This document shows positions 1 to 9,422 of a stretch of DNA of 64,000 nt, piece by piece. The DNA is taken from positions 32,001 through 96,000 of the forward strand of contig JANOQV010000056.1 in NCBI GenBank assembly GCA_031414955.1, in the 5' to 3' direction. This DNA comes from Pedosphaera sp. (GTDB lineage Bacteria; Verrucomicrobiota; Verrucomicrobiia; Limisphaerales; SIBH01). The notes beneath the pieces are model-generated. The model saw only the letters and a list, made by a program, of their open reading frames with translations, was not told the origin of the DNA and ran no database searches. The translations under genes were made by a program, and so were the position numbers. Each line of letters starts with the position of its first letter. Positions within the stretch are counted from its first letter, which is position 1.

Positions 1-30
1 AGCAATTGGGCGACCTACGCCTACGACGAA

Positions 31-2055
31 GTGGGCAACCAGACCAACCAGATGGACGCGCTCAATCGCAAGACGCTGTTCGAGTACGACACCCTGAGCC
101 GCCGCACCCGCACGGCCCTTCCCGGCAGTCAGGTCGAACTCTTCGCCTATGACGCGACCGGCAACCTGATCCGGCACACGAACTTCAACGGCGTCATTCT
201 CACCAATCAATACGACGCACTGAACCGCCTCACCAACAAATCATCCGCTGGCGGCTACACGGTCGCCTTCAGCTACTCCGTGACCGGCAAGCGGGCCACA
301 ATGAGCGATCCGAGCGGAGCGACCACCTACGCTTACGACACCCGCGACCGGCTCATGACCAACAGTTCGCCGCAGGGCACGCTGGTGTATGCCTACGAAC
401 CGTTCGGCAATTTGCAGAGCCTGGCTTCCACGCGCGGCGGCGGGGCCAGCCTCAGCTACAATTACGACCCGCTCAACCGCGTGACCAATGCCAGCGGCAA
501 CAGCGCCTCGGTGCTCTACGGCTTCAATGACGTGGGCAGCCTCCAGACCGCGCGCCACGGCCACGGCGTGACCAACACCTGGCTTTATGATGCGCTCAAC
601 CGGCTGACCAATGTCACCGCCAAGACGAGCAGCGGGACCATCGCGAGTTTCGTTTACCGGCTCGCCGCCGGGGGCAACCGGACGAACCTCGCCGAGAACG
701 TGAACGGCACGTTGCGCACGAACGCGTGGTTTTACGATCCACTCTACCGCCTCACGGCGGAGAACATCAGCGGGGCCACGCCCACGGGGAACACCACCAA
801 CCGATACGACGCCGTGGGCAATCGAACGAACCGCACGACCACCGTGAGCGTGGGCGGCTTCACCAACCAGAGCTTCACCTTCAACACCAACGACTGGCTC
901 TCGATTGACGTGTTCGACAGCAACGGCAACACGCGCACCAACGGCGGCCTGCCCTTCCTTTACGACGTGGAAAACCGGCTGACCAACTACAACAACAGCG
1001 CGGCCAGCTACGTGTACAACGGCGACGGCTGGCTGGTGCGCAAGACCGTCGGCAGCACCACGACGCTTTACCTGGTCGATGACCGCAACCCAACGGGCTA
1101 CGCGCAAACGCTGGAAGAAGCCACCGTGATCAGCGGCGTCACGAACCTCTCGGTGATCTACCTGCTCGGCCTCGACCTCGTGGCCCAGAACCGCGGCGGC
1201 ACCGTGAGCTACTACGGCTACGACGGCAACGGCAACACCCGTTATCTGACCGGCAGCGGCGCGACCATCACCGACACCTACGCCTACGACGCCTTCGGCG
1301 TGGCCCTCGCCAGCACCGGCAGCACGGCCAACGAGTTCCGCTACAGCGGCGAACGGCTCAGCCCGGAAACCGGACTCACCTACCTGCGTGCCAGATACCT
1401 GAACACCGCCACGGGGAGGTTCATCAGCCGGGATGCGTTTGCAGGGTTAATTTTCGATCCGCGAAGCCTTCATCGCTACGCCTACGTGTCCGCGAACCCA
1501 GTAAATCGAATTGATCCAAGTGGGTTAACGGAGACCACAGTAGGCGGCTTGCTTGGCGGGATTAACATCGGCGGAATATTCCAAGGCTTGCCAACGTTGG
1601 TCATCAGCAAAGCATTAGTCAAAACAATCGCTATTGCTGGAGTGATAGCGCTGACATTGAGCGGTGATGATGTTTATGGAAACTTCGTTTACCGCCGTCT
1701 CTCCGACGAGCAGGCCGCCACTCCATTCAGGACCGTAGGAATCCTCGCGACAGCCCCAACGGCAATAACTGTTTCGCCCAGCGAACACATTCGAGGCACC
1801 GATCTCTCGCCATGGATCTCTTCGAGCCGGCTTTTCACTGTTCCGCTTTCTTTGTATCGCGACAATCCACGGAATCCAGTCGTGAAGATTGATTTGAACA
1901 AAGTTCCGGGTCCTTATCTTGATTTCACGAATCCTGTTCTACTTGCGACTCTGAGCGATGATTATGTTCGAGGTCTCGCCGCCTTAGCAGCCGAGGTTCT
2001 CATCTTCGGTTATGTTCCGGGAAACGCGATCGTGGGTGCGACAACAACACGTTGA
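31..2055 (+). CDS. RHS/YD-repeat protein with RHS core and C-terminal ADP-ribosyltransferase-like toxin domain (likely continues 5' of the window)
   Basis: Many YD repeats; core motifs YxYDAFG, FRYSGE, YLRARY, GRFISRD, PVNRIDPSG; divergent low-GC tip with YRR...ISSS...EVL. Confidence 0.9.
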   Translation: MGNQTNQMDALNRKTLFEYDTLSRRTRTALPGSQVELFAYDATGNLIRHTNFNGVILTNQYDALNRLTNKSSAGGYTVAFSYSVTGKRATMSDPSGATTYAYDTRDRLMTNSSPQGTLVYAYEPFGNLQSLASTRGGGASLSYNYDPLNRVTNASGNSASVLYGFNDVGSLQTARHGHGVTNTWLYDALNRLTNVTAKTSSGTIASFVYRLAAGGNRTNLAENVNGTLRTNAWFYDPLYRLTAENISGATPTGNTTNRYDAVGNRTNRTTTVSVGGFTNQSFTFNTNDWLSIDVFDSNGNTRTNGGLPFLYDVENRLTNYNNSAASYVYNGDGWLVRKTVGSTTTLYLVDDRNPTGYAQTLEEATVISGVTNLSVIYLLGLDLVAQNRGGTVSYYGYDGNGNTRYLTGSGATITDTYAYDAFGVALASTGSTANEFRYSGERLSPETGLTYLRARYLNTATGRFISRDAFAGLIFDPRSLHRYAYVSANPVNRIDPSGLTETTVGGLLGGINIGGIFQGLPTLVISKALVKTIAIAGVIALTLSGDDVYGNFVYRRLSDEQAATPFRTVGILATAPTAITVSPSEHIRGTDLSPWISSSRLFTVPLSLYRDNPRNPVVKIDLNKVPGPYLDFTNPVLLATLSDDYVRGLAALAAEVLIFGYVPGNAIVGATTTR

Positions 2056-2402
2056 GCACCATGAAGGGCAACGATTACGCAATTCAAGTCGGGGGAATCT
2101 TGATTGGCTACGCCAGGGAGGTCAGCGATGACATGCCGAATACTGGAGGGCGTTTCGAAGCCACGGATGCCTTCGCTGAGGTCAAAGCGCTGTTTGACGA
2201 AGAATATTCGCAAATTCGCGGCGGAGGCGAGGCTTGGCATCGAGCGCGTGAGCGGATTTTTTCCAAAGGACTGCGCATCGAATTATTGAGCACGGGCAAA
2301 GCGACCTTGGCTCGTCCCGGTGCGGTTCCAAGCTCAGAGCATCAAGGAATTTTGGCGTATCTCCACATTCACAACGGGAAGGTTTGGTGGAGGCAAATGT
2401 GA
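2052..2402 (+). CDS. Putative cognate immunity protein
   Basis: Small ORF overlapping or directly following the toxin stop, same lower-GC composition as the tip; no recognisable family. Confidence 0.6.
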   Translation: MSTMKGNDYAIQVGGILIGYAREVSDDMPNTGGRFEATDAFAEVKALFDEEYSQIRGGGEAWHRARERIFSKGLRIELLSTGKATLARPGAVPSSEHQGILAYLHIHNGKVWWRQM

Positions 2403-2512
2403 GTGATGGCCTTGCCCCGATTTGGTGGACGCATTGCTGTAGTTTCCGCAAACTTGCTCCACCCATGATTTTCCGGGCTTCGATCTTGTTGTGGTTGAGC
2501 CATGTCCTCATC

Positions 2513-3799
2513 GGCGGCTACGCGGTCGCCTTCGGCTACTCCATGACCGGCCGACGGGCCGCGATGAGCGATCCGAGCGGCGCGACCGTTTACGCCTACG
2601 ACACGCGCGACCGGCTCATCACCAACACTTCGCCGCAGGGCACGCTGGTTTATGCCTACGAGCCGTTCGGCAATTTGCAGAGCACCGCCTCCGCGCGCAG
2701 CGGCGGGGCCAGCCTCAGCTACAACTACGACCCGCTCAACCGCGTGACCAATGCCAGTGGCAACGGCGCTTCGGTGCTCTACGGCTTTGATGACGTGGGC
2801 AGCCTCCAGACCGCGCGCCACGGCCACGGCGTGACCAACACCTGGCTTTATGATGCGCTCAACCGGCTGACCAATGTCACCGCCAAGACGAGCAGCGGGA
2901 CCATCGCAAGTTTTGTTTATCGGCTCGCCGCCGCGGGCAACCGGACGAACCTCGCGGAAAACGTCAACGGCACGTTGCGCACCAACGCATGGTTTTACGA
3001 TCCGCTCTACCAGCTCACGGCGGAGAACCTCAGCGGGGCCGCGCCCACGGGGAACACCACCAATCGTTACGACGCTGTGGGCAACCGCACCAACCGCACG
3101 ACCACGGTGAGCGTGGGTGGCTTCACCAACCAGAACTTCACCTTCAACACCAACGACTGGCTCTCCCTCGATGTGTTCGACAGCAACGGCAACACGCGCA
3201 CCAACGGCGGCCTGCCCTTCCTCTACGACGTAGAGAACCGGCTCACGAACTACAACAACGGCGCGGCCCGCTACGTCTACAACGGCGACGGCTGGCTGGT
3301 GCGCAAGACGGTCGGCAGCACCACGACGCTTTACCTGGTCGATGACCGCAACCCGACGGGCTACGCGCAAACGCTGGAAGAAGCCACCGTGACCGGCGGC
3401 GTGACCAACCTCTCGGTGATCTATCTCCTCGGCCTCGACCTCGTGGCCCAGAACCGCAGCGGCACGGTGAGCTACTTCGGCTACGACGGCAACGGCAACA
3501 CCCGTTACCTGACCGGCAGCGGCGCGACTGTCATCGACACCTACGCCTACGATGCCTTCGGCGTGTCCCTCGCCAGCACCGGCAGCATAGTCAACGAGTT
3601 CCGCTACAGCGGCGAACGGCTCAGCCCTGAAACCGGACTCACCTACCTGCGCGCCCGGTATCTGAACACCGGCACGGGTAGGTTCATCAGCCGGGATTCG
3701 TTCGCGGGGAGGCCAGAGCAACCTGCGTCGCTTCACCGCTACCAATACTGCCAGAGCGATCCCGTGAACCGGATGGACCCGTCCGGCAACGAAAACTGA
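2513..3799 (+). pseudogene. Second, 5'-truncated RHS core copy lacking a toxin tip (orphan rhs)
   Basis: 2513-~3695 aligns to 250-~1432 (offset 2263) at high identity; frame ends DPSGNEN-stop. Confidence 0.75.
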
Positions 3800-3836
3800 A
3801 GTTCCCCCGATTTGGTGGGCAGATGCGGCTCGCGGC

Positions 3837-6185
3837 TCACGCCAAGTTCACCGGGTCGATGTCCACCGCCATCTGCACGTCGTCTGGGAGGGAGAGCGTG
3901 GTTTGCAACTTCGCGATGGCGCGACTCAGTCTCGTCATGCCCCGCGTGCGCAGCATGATTTGATAGCGGTAGAATGTTTCCGCACGAGCCAGTGGTGCCG
4001 GCGCAGGTCCAGCGATCACCAAATCGCCCAGTCCCACCATCTCCTTGTCTCCTGGTCCGCTGCCCGTTGACTTGGGGACGGGGAGACTTGCAGACGGGGA
4101 GAGGGACTTCTCCAGCTCCGTCCGCACATGGTCGGCACTCATCCGCACCTTGTCCTCATTGCGCCCCTTGAGCGTGAGCAACGCGATGCGCGCGAGCGGC
4201 GGATACTTGAGCTGTTCGCGGAACTCAATCTCCTGCTCGTAGAAGCCTGTGAAGTCGTGGCGGCGCGCGTATTGAATCGCCGGATGAAACGGCGTGAAGG
4301 CCTGCACGAACACCTCGCCCTCGACATCGCCGCGTCCAGCGCGTCCAGCCACTTGCGTGAGCAACTGGAACGTCCGCTCACCGGCGCGGAAGTCGGGAAT
4401 GTGCAGGCTCAGGTCGGCATGGATGATTCCGACCAGCGTCACATTGGGGAAGTGCAGCCCCTTTGCGATCATCTGCGTGCCGACGAGGATGTCGATCTTG
4501 CCGGTGCGGAAGTCGCCGAGGATGCGCCGGAAATCGTCCTTCTTCTTCAGCGTGTCCGAATCCATGCGCGTGATGCGCGCGTGGGGAAACAGTTTCGCCA
4601 GCGTGTCCTCGACCCTCTCCGTGCCGAGGCCGGAGTAGCGGATGCCGCTCTGGCCGCACTTCGGCTCGGGGCAGGCCACCGGAGCCTTGGCCGAGTGCCC
4701 GCAGATGTGGCAGAGCAATTTGGCCGCGCGACGGTGAAACGTGAGTGACACCGAACAATTCGGACACTCAGCCACGTAGCCGCAGTCGGGGCATTGCAGC
4801 GAGGTCGAGTAGCCGCGGCGGTTGAGGAACAGGATGGTCTGCTCCTTGCGTTCCAGGCGTTGGGTGATCGCCTCTTTGAGCTGATTGGAAAAGATCGGGA
4901 TGCCCTTCTGCTTGCGGCCTTCGCTGCGCATGTCGACCACGCGCACCACGGGCATCTTCTGGTCGTCCACGCGCAGGGTCAGTTCGAGCAGATCGTATTT
5001 GCCACGCTTCGCATTGTAGAAACTTTCCATGGAAGGCGTGGCACTGCCCAGCACCACCACGGCGCCTTCCATCTGCCCGCGCACCACGGCCACGTCGCGC
5101 GCGTGATAACGCGGCGATTCCTCCTGCTTGTACGAATGCTCGTGTTCCTCATCCACGATGATAAGGCCGAGCGGATGGACCGGCGCGAAGATCGCCGAGC
5201 GCGCACCAATGACGATGCGGGCGCGGCCCTGGCGAATCTTGTGCCACTCATCGTGCCGCTCGCCACCGGAGAGATGCGAATGCAGCACCGCCACCAGGGT
5301 GCGCAACGGTCCGTTGCTGAAGCGCGCCTTGAACCGCTCGACGGTCTGCGGCGTGAGCGAGATTTCCGGCACGAGCACGATGGCGCCCTGGCCCTGCTCC
5401 AGCGCGTGCGCGATGGCCTGGAGATAAACCTCCGTCTTGCCCGAGCCGGTGACACCGTGGAGGAGAAAAGGTTTGGTGAGTGGGTGGGTGGGTGGGAGTA
5501 AAGTTGTTGCCGGCTCTTTCCCACCCACCCACTCACTCACTGATCCACGAACGGATTTCATCGCCGTCTTGATCCGCTCCAGCGCGATCAACTGTTCCGC
5601 GTTCATGACCAGCGCCTGGGTCGGAAGGATCTCTTCCTTCGCGTACGGGTCGCGCTCGTCCACCTCCGACGCGATGGTGAGCAACGCCTTGTCTTCCAGC
5701 TTGCGGATGGTTGATGGCGTGGCACCCGTCAAGGTGAGCAGGCGTTGCAAGGGCAGTTCACGCCACTCCTCGATCACGCTGAGAATTTCCTGCTGGCGTT
5801 TGGTCAACTTGGGGGGTTCGCCGCGCACAGGAATCAAGCGAACGAAGAGCCGCTCCTTGAAGCGCGCGTCCTCCTTGCGCACCGCCTCGGGCAGGACGCT
5901 CTTGAGCGCAATTTCCGGCGCGCAGCAGTAGTAGTCGCCGATCCAACGAGCGAGCCTGAGCACCTGGGGCGTGACCATGCTGGGCGTGCCAATGATTTTG
6001 GTGAGGGGCCGCAGATTAGTGTGGGTGCTTTCCTCGATCACCTCCGTCACGACGCCGTTCACCTGGCGCGGTCCAAAGGGCACCTTGACCCGCGTGCCGA
6101 CGTCGATGCGCGCCGCCAGTTCCGGGGGAATGGCGTAGTCGAACTCCTTGCGAAGCGCGATCTCGAGGGTGACACGGGCAACCAT
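3837..6185 (-). CDS. priA: Primosomal protein N' (replication restart helicase)
   Basis: LLHGVTGSGKTEVY, LVPEISLTPQ, DEEHE, four CxxC motifs, ILVGTQMIAKGLHFP, QVAGRAGR. Confidence 0.97.
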   Translation of the reverse strand: MVARVTLEIALRKEFDYAIPPELAARIDVGTRVKVPFGPRQVNGVVTEVIEESTHTNLRPLTKIIGTPSMVTPQVLRLARWIGDYYCCAPEIALKSVLPEAVRKEDARFKERLFVRLIPVRGEPPKLTKRQQEILSVIEEWRELPLQRLLTLTGATPSTIRKLEDKALLTIASEVDERDPYAKEEILPTQALVMNAEQLIALERIKTAMKSVRGSVSEWVGGKEPATTLLPPTHPLTKPFLLHGVTGSGKTEVYLQAIAHALEQGQGAIVLVPEISLTPQTVERFKARFSNGPLRTLVAVLHSHLSGGERHDEWHKIRQGRARIVIGARSAIFAPVHPLGLIIVDEEHEHSYKQEESPRYHARDVAVVRGQMEGAVVVLGSATPSMESFYNAKRGKYDLLELTLRVDDQKMPVVRVVDMRSEGRKQKGIPIFSNQLKEAITQRLERKEQTILFLNRRGYSTSLQCPDCGYVAECPNCSVSLTFHRRAAKLLCHICGHSAKAPVACPEPKCGQSGIRYSGLGTERVEDTLAKLFPHARITRMDSDTLKKKDDFRRILGDFRTGKIDILVGTQMIAKGLHFPNVTLVGIIHADLSLHIPDFRAGERTFQLLTQVAGRAGRGDVEGEVFVQAFTPFHPAIQYARRHDFTGFYEQEIEFREQLKYPPLARIALLTLKGRNEDKVRMSADHVRTELEKSLSPSASLPVPKSTGSGPGDKEMVGLGDLVIAGPAPAPLARAETFYRYQIMLRTRGMTRLSRAIAKLQTTLSLPDDVQMAVDIDPVNLA
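4027..4108. repeat. Imperfect octamer-repeat hairpin inserted in frame in priA
   Basis: Arm cccagtcc caccatct ccttgtct cctggtcc faces arm ggggacgg ggagactt gcagacgg ggagaggg; encodes SPSASLPVPKSTGSGPGDKEMVGLG. Confidence 0.5.
5476..5540. repeat. GGGT/GAGT tetramer-repeat hairpin inserted in frame in priA
   Basis: 22-nt arms 5476-5497 and 5519-5540 are reverse complements with one mismatch. Confidence 0.75.
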
Positions 6186-6198
6186 GGGCAGACGCTAG

Positions 6199-6231
6199 AG
6201 TCCAAAGTCCAAAGTCCAAAGTCCAAAGTCC
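6199..6231. repeat. Heptamer tandem repeat (AGTCCAA)x4.7
   Basis: Read directly, upstream of priA. Confidence 0.9.
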
Positions 6232-6306
6232 GCAGCGGCGGTGATCGTCGAGCTTGAGAGGAACCGGGCGCATCTTGGAAGTACCACTGTGGTTCTGCCG
6301 GGCACC

Positions 6307-6410
6307 GCGACACTGGAAAGTGTCGCAACCTGCCGGCTGGAAAGCCGGCGCTACGGTGAGGCGATTGCAAAACCCTGTTTGGTGGAGCGCCGCAAAGATT
6401 GCGGCGCTCC
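6307..6410. repeat. REP-like palindromes (GTAG-type plus GGAGCGCCGC hairpin)
   Basis: gcgacactggaaagtgtcgc; gccggctggaaagccggcgctac (GTAG on minus strand); ggagcgccgcaaagattgcggcgctcc. Confidence 0.65.
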
Positions 6411-6506
6411 GACTTTTGCAATTGCCTCACGATAACGCCGGCTTTGCGGTTGAATAAGCCCCTTTCCTCATGCAGTCTGACCAGCGCCGCGCTGGCGGCT
6501 CTATTT

Positions 6507-9422
6507 ATGCAACTGCCAAAGCTTTTCACCTGCGCGGTCGCGAGCGCGCTTTTGTTCGCCTTGGCCGGCCAAGCCGCTTCACCCACCGGGGATCGCCTGC
6601 GGCAAAGTCAGTTGAAGCAGCAGCAGATTCAGCGCACCACCCAGCGCGTCGGCGAGCAACTCTCCTCCATCATCACCGAGTTCGACCGCAACGGCATCGC
6701 AGGCGAGGACGTGAAGGTGCTGCGCGCCATTCGTGGAGTGATCGCGCGGCTGAGCGACCAGGACATGGCGGTGGTGGTGGCGCTGCTCCAGCAGGCGCAA
6801 CTGGCCGGCGAGGACACGGCGGCGAAGAAGGACGTGACCGAAGCCTACGCCAGCCAGAAAGGCATCATCACCCAGCTCAAGCAACTGCTCCTCGAATACC
6901 AACGGCAGCAGGCCCTCTACGAAATGTCGATCATGCTCCGCGGCATCGCGGCCCGGCAGTCGGCCAACCTGCGCGTGGGCGCGTGGCTGGCCATGCAGAC
7001 GGAGCGTCGGCAGGCCCAGCAGTTCAACGACGACGAGAAGCGTTACCTGCACCAGCAGGAGATCGACGAGGCGGCGATCAAGGACGAGGTCGGCCTGCTG
7101 CTGACCAAGTTGGAAAAACTTTCCCGCGAAAGCGACGGCACGGCCACCGGCGAGCGCCCCAAGGCGGCGCTGGAACTGGCGCGCACCGGCGGCCTGCTGA
7201 CCGCGCTCGACGGTGCGCTGGAGGATTTGAAGGCGGGCAAGCTGCTCAGCGCCACCGGCAACGAGAAGCGCGCGCGCGACCAGATGCGCGACGTGGCGCG
7301 CACCATGTTGCTGGCCAAGGATCTCGTCGATCTGCTGCGCGCCGCCATCCACGAAACCGAGAGCGCCATTCTCCAGCAGCAGCAAGTCATGGAGGTAACC
7401 CGCAAAATGGAGCGCAAGGAGGACGCCGCTGACGCCGGGGAAAAGCAGTTCGAGGTGGTGGACAACACGGACTTAATCCATCGCGATGTCCGGGATGTCG
7501 CGCCCGCCGGCGCCTCCTACCTCAAGACGGCTTACGACCAGATGCAGGAGGCACGGAGGATTTTACGCGAAGGCAAGGACATCAACACGAGATTGCGAGA
7601 AACGCCGCCCCTCCAGGCGAACGCGGTCGCCAGTCTCGAACTGGCCAAGCGCGCCTTGCAGGATCAACTGGCCAAGGCGGAGCAGGAGGCGCTCAAGCCT
7701 GAAGGCGTGCTGGCCAACCTGCGTGAGTTGCAGAAGGAAGTGCAGGAACTGATCAAGCGGGAGCAACTGCTCAAGGAGGAAACTGCCGCCGTGGAAAAGA
7801 AAGCGGAGGAGTTGAAGGCTCTGGCGTCGGCGCAGGGTGAGATTCGCGACCGTACGCAGGAGGTTCAACAGAAGGCGGCCAACGACGCGCCCGAGGCGGC
7901 GGCGGCCTTAAACGAGGCGGCCAACCAGATGGAGAAGGCGCAGAAGGAGCTGGCCCGGGCGAAGAATCCACCCGAGGCCGAACAGGCGGCCATCGAGGCG
8001 TTGAAGCGCGCCGATCAGGAACTCGGCGATAAAATTGCGAAGCTGGAGAAAGACGAGAAGCAACTGGCCGCGCTGGAGAAGCTTTTGGAGAAGGTCGAGG
8101 TTGTCATCAAGGATCAGCAGGCCGTGCGACTCGATACGGCCAAGCACGCGCTCCAGCCGGAGACCAAGCCGGTCAGCGAGATTGCGCAGAAGCAGCAGGA
8201 GACCGGGGTCAAGGCCGCCGAGGCCCAAAAGGACGCGCAGGAGCCGGCACCCAAGGCGGCGCAGCATCTCGGCGCGGCGAAGAATCAGATGACCAACGCC
8301 AAGGAAAAACTCGACCAACGCCAGTCGAAAGACGCGCAGCCGCCGCAGAACCAGGCGCTCAACGAGCTGTTCGCAGCGAAGAAGGAAATCGAGTCCAAGA
8401 TAACCGAGCTGCGCAAGGAACTCGGACAGGAGAATGATCCGTCGCAGAACCTGGCCGATGCCGCCGCCGCCCTGGACAAGGCGCAGAAGGAAGTGAACAA
8501 CGCCATGTCCGAGATGGCCAACGCGCCCGCCGGGCTGCTGGAGAATTTGCAGAAGCAACAGCAGGCCATTGCCAATTCACTCGGCGAACACGCCCAGGCT
8601 TCCCCGGCGCAGAAAACTTCCGAGGCCCAGAAAGCCGCGGCCCAGGCGGCGCAACAACTCGCCGACAACAATTTGCCGGGTGCCGTGGCCTCGATGCAAA
8701 AGGCCCAGGCCGGCATCGATGCCGCGCAACAAGGCGCGCCGAAGTCGCCTTCGGACACGCCGACCTTGCCCCAGCTTGGCGCACAGCAGAAAGACGTGAA
8801 GGAACTCGCCGAGCAATTGCTGGCGGCCCAACAGGGCGTGACCGAACAGGCCATGCAGAACGCGGCGCAACAACTTGAACAGGCGCTGGCCGAGGTGTCG
8901 CCCATCGCGGCCGGCGCGGCCGGTCCGCTGCCGGGCGCTGCCCAACAGGCCGTTCAGTCCGCCCAAGCCGCGCTCACTCAAGCCGCCGCGCAGGCGGGCG
9001 CGAAGCAGAACAAACCCGCGCAGGCCAACGCCGCGCAAGCCGCCGAGGCGCTGGCCCAGGCCCAGGCCGCGCTCGCGCTCGCGCAGGCCGGACTCAGTTC
9101 CGAGATGGCCCAAGGCCAGGGGCAGCAGCCCGGCCAGGGACAGACTCCGGGCCAGGGGCAGGGCCAGGGCAAGGACGCGCAAAATCCAGGCCCGGGCAAA
9201 GGCACTCCGCCGCCACGCGGCACCGGCAAGGATGGAAACTGGGGCGGCGCGGGCGGCGCGAACGGCGCGCGTTCAGGCACCGCCGGCAGCGGCACCTTCA
9301 TCGGCTTGCCCAAGCGCGACCGCGCGGCGATTCAACAATCACAGGCCGAGAAGTATCCGCAGGAATACGGGCCTCTGGTGGAGCAGTATTTGAAGAATCT
9401 TTCTGATCAAGGCGACGAATGA
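6507..9422 (+). CDS. Large secreted Q/A/E-rich coiled-coil protein (DUF4175-like)
   Basis: Signal peptide, long helical Q/A/E/K runs, Gly/Gln linker, C-terminal KYPQEYGPLVEQYLKNL motif. Confidence 0.7.
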   Translation: MQLPKLFTCAVASALLFALAGQAASPTGDRLRQSQLKQQQIQRTTQRVGEQLSSIITEFDRNGIAGEDVKVLRAIRGVIARLSDQDMAVVVALLQQAQLAGEDTAAKKDVTEAYASQKGIITQLKQLLLEYQRQQALYEMSIMLRGIAARQSANLRVGAWLAMQTERRQAQQFNDDEKRYLHQQEIDEAAIKDEVGLLLTKLEKLSRESDGTATGERPKAALELARTGGLLTALDGALEDLKAGKLLSATGNEKRARDQMRDVARTMLLAKDLVDLLRAAIHETESAILQQQQVMEVTRKMERKEDAADAGEKQFEVVDNTDLIHRDVRDVAPAGASYLKTAYDQMQEARRILREGKDINTRLRETPPLQANAVASLELAKRALQDQLAKAEQEALKPEGVLANLRELQKEVQELIKREQLLKEETAAVEKKAEELKALASAQGEIRDRTQEVQQKAANDAPEAAAALNEAANQMEKAQKELARAKNPPEAEQAAIEALKRADQELGDKIAKLEKDEKQLAALEKLLEKVEVVIKDQQAVRLDTAKHALQPETKPVSEIAQKQQETGVKAAEAQKDAQEPAPKAAQHLGAAKNQMTNAKEKLDQRQSKDAQPPQNQALNELFAAKKEIESKITELRKELGQENDPSQNLADAAAALDKAQKEVNNAMSEMANAPAGLLENLQKQQQAIANSLGEHAQASPAQKTSEAQKAAAQAAQQLADNNLPGAVASMQKAQAGIDAAQQGAPKSPSDTPTLPQLGAQQKDVKELAEQLLAAQQGVTEQAMQNAAQQLEQALAEVSPIAAGAAGPLPGAAQQAVQSAQAALTQAAAQAGAKQNKPAQANAAQAAEALAQAQAALALAQAGLSSEMAQGQGQQPGQGQTPGQGQGQGKDAQNPGPGKGTPPPRGTGKDGNWGGAGGANGARSGTAGSGTFIGLPKRDRAAIQQSQAEKYPQEYGPLVEQYLKNLSDQGDE

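Noticed and set aside
250..3695. RHS duplicate as a DGR or as two intact toxins
   Set aside because: Differences are mixed and many are synonymous; the second copy lacks the N-terminal part and the tip
6199..6231. Short repeat arrays (also 9425, 21301, 50633) as CRISPR
   Set aside because: 7-bp tandem units with no unique spacers and no cas genes
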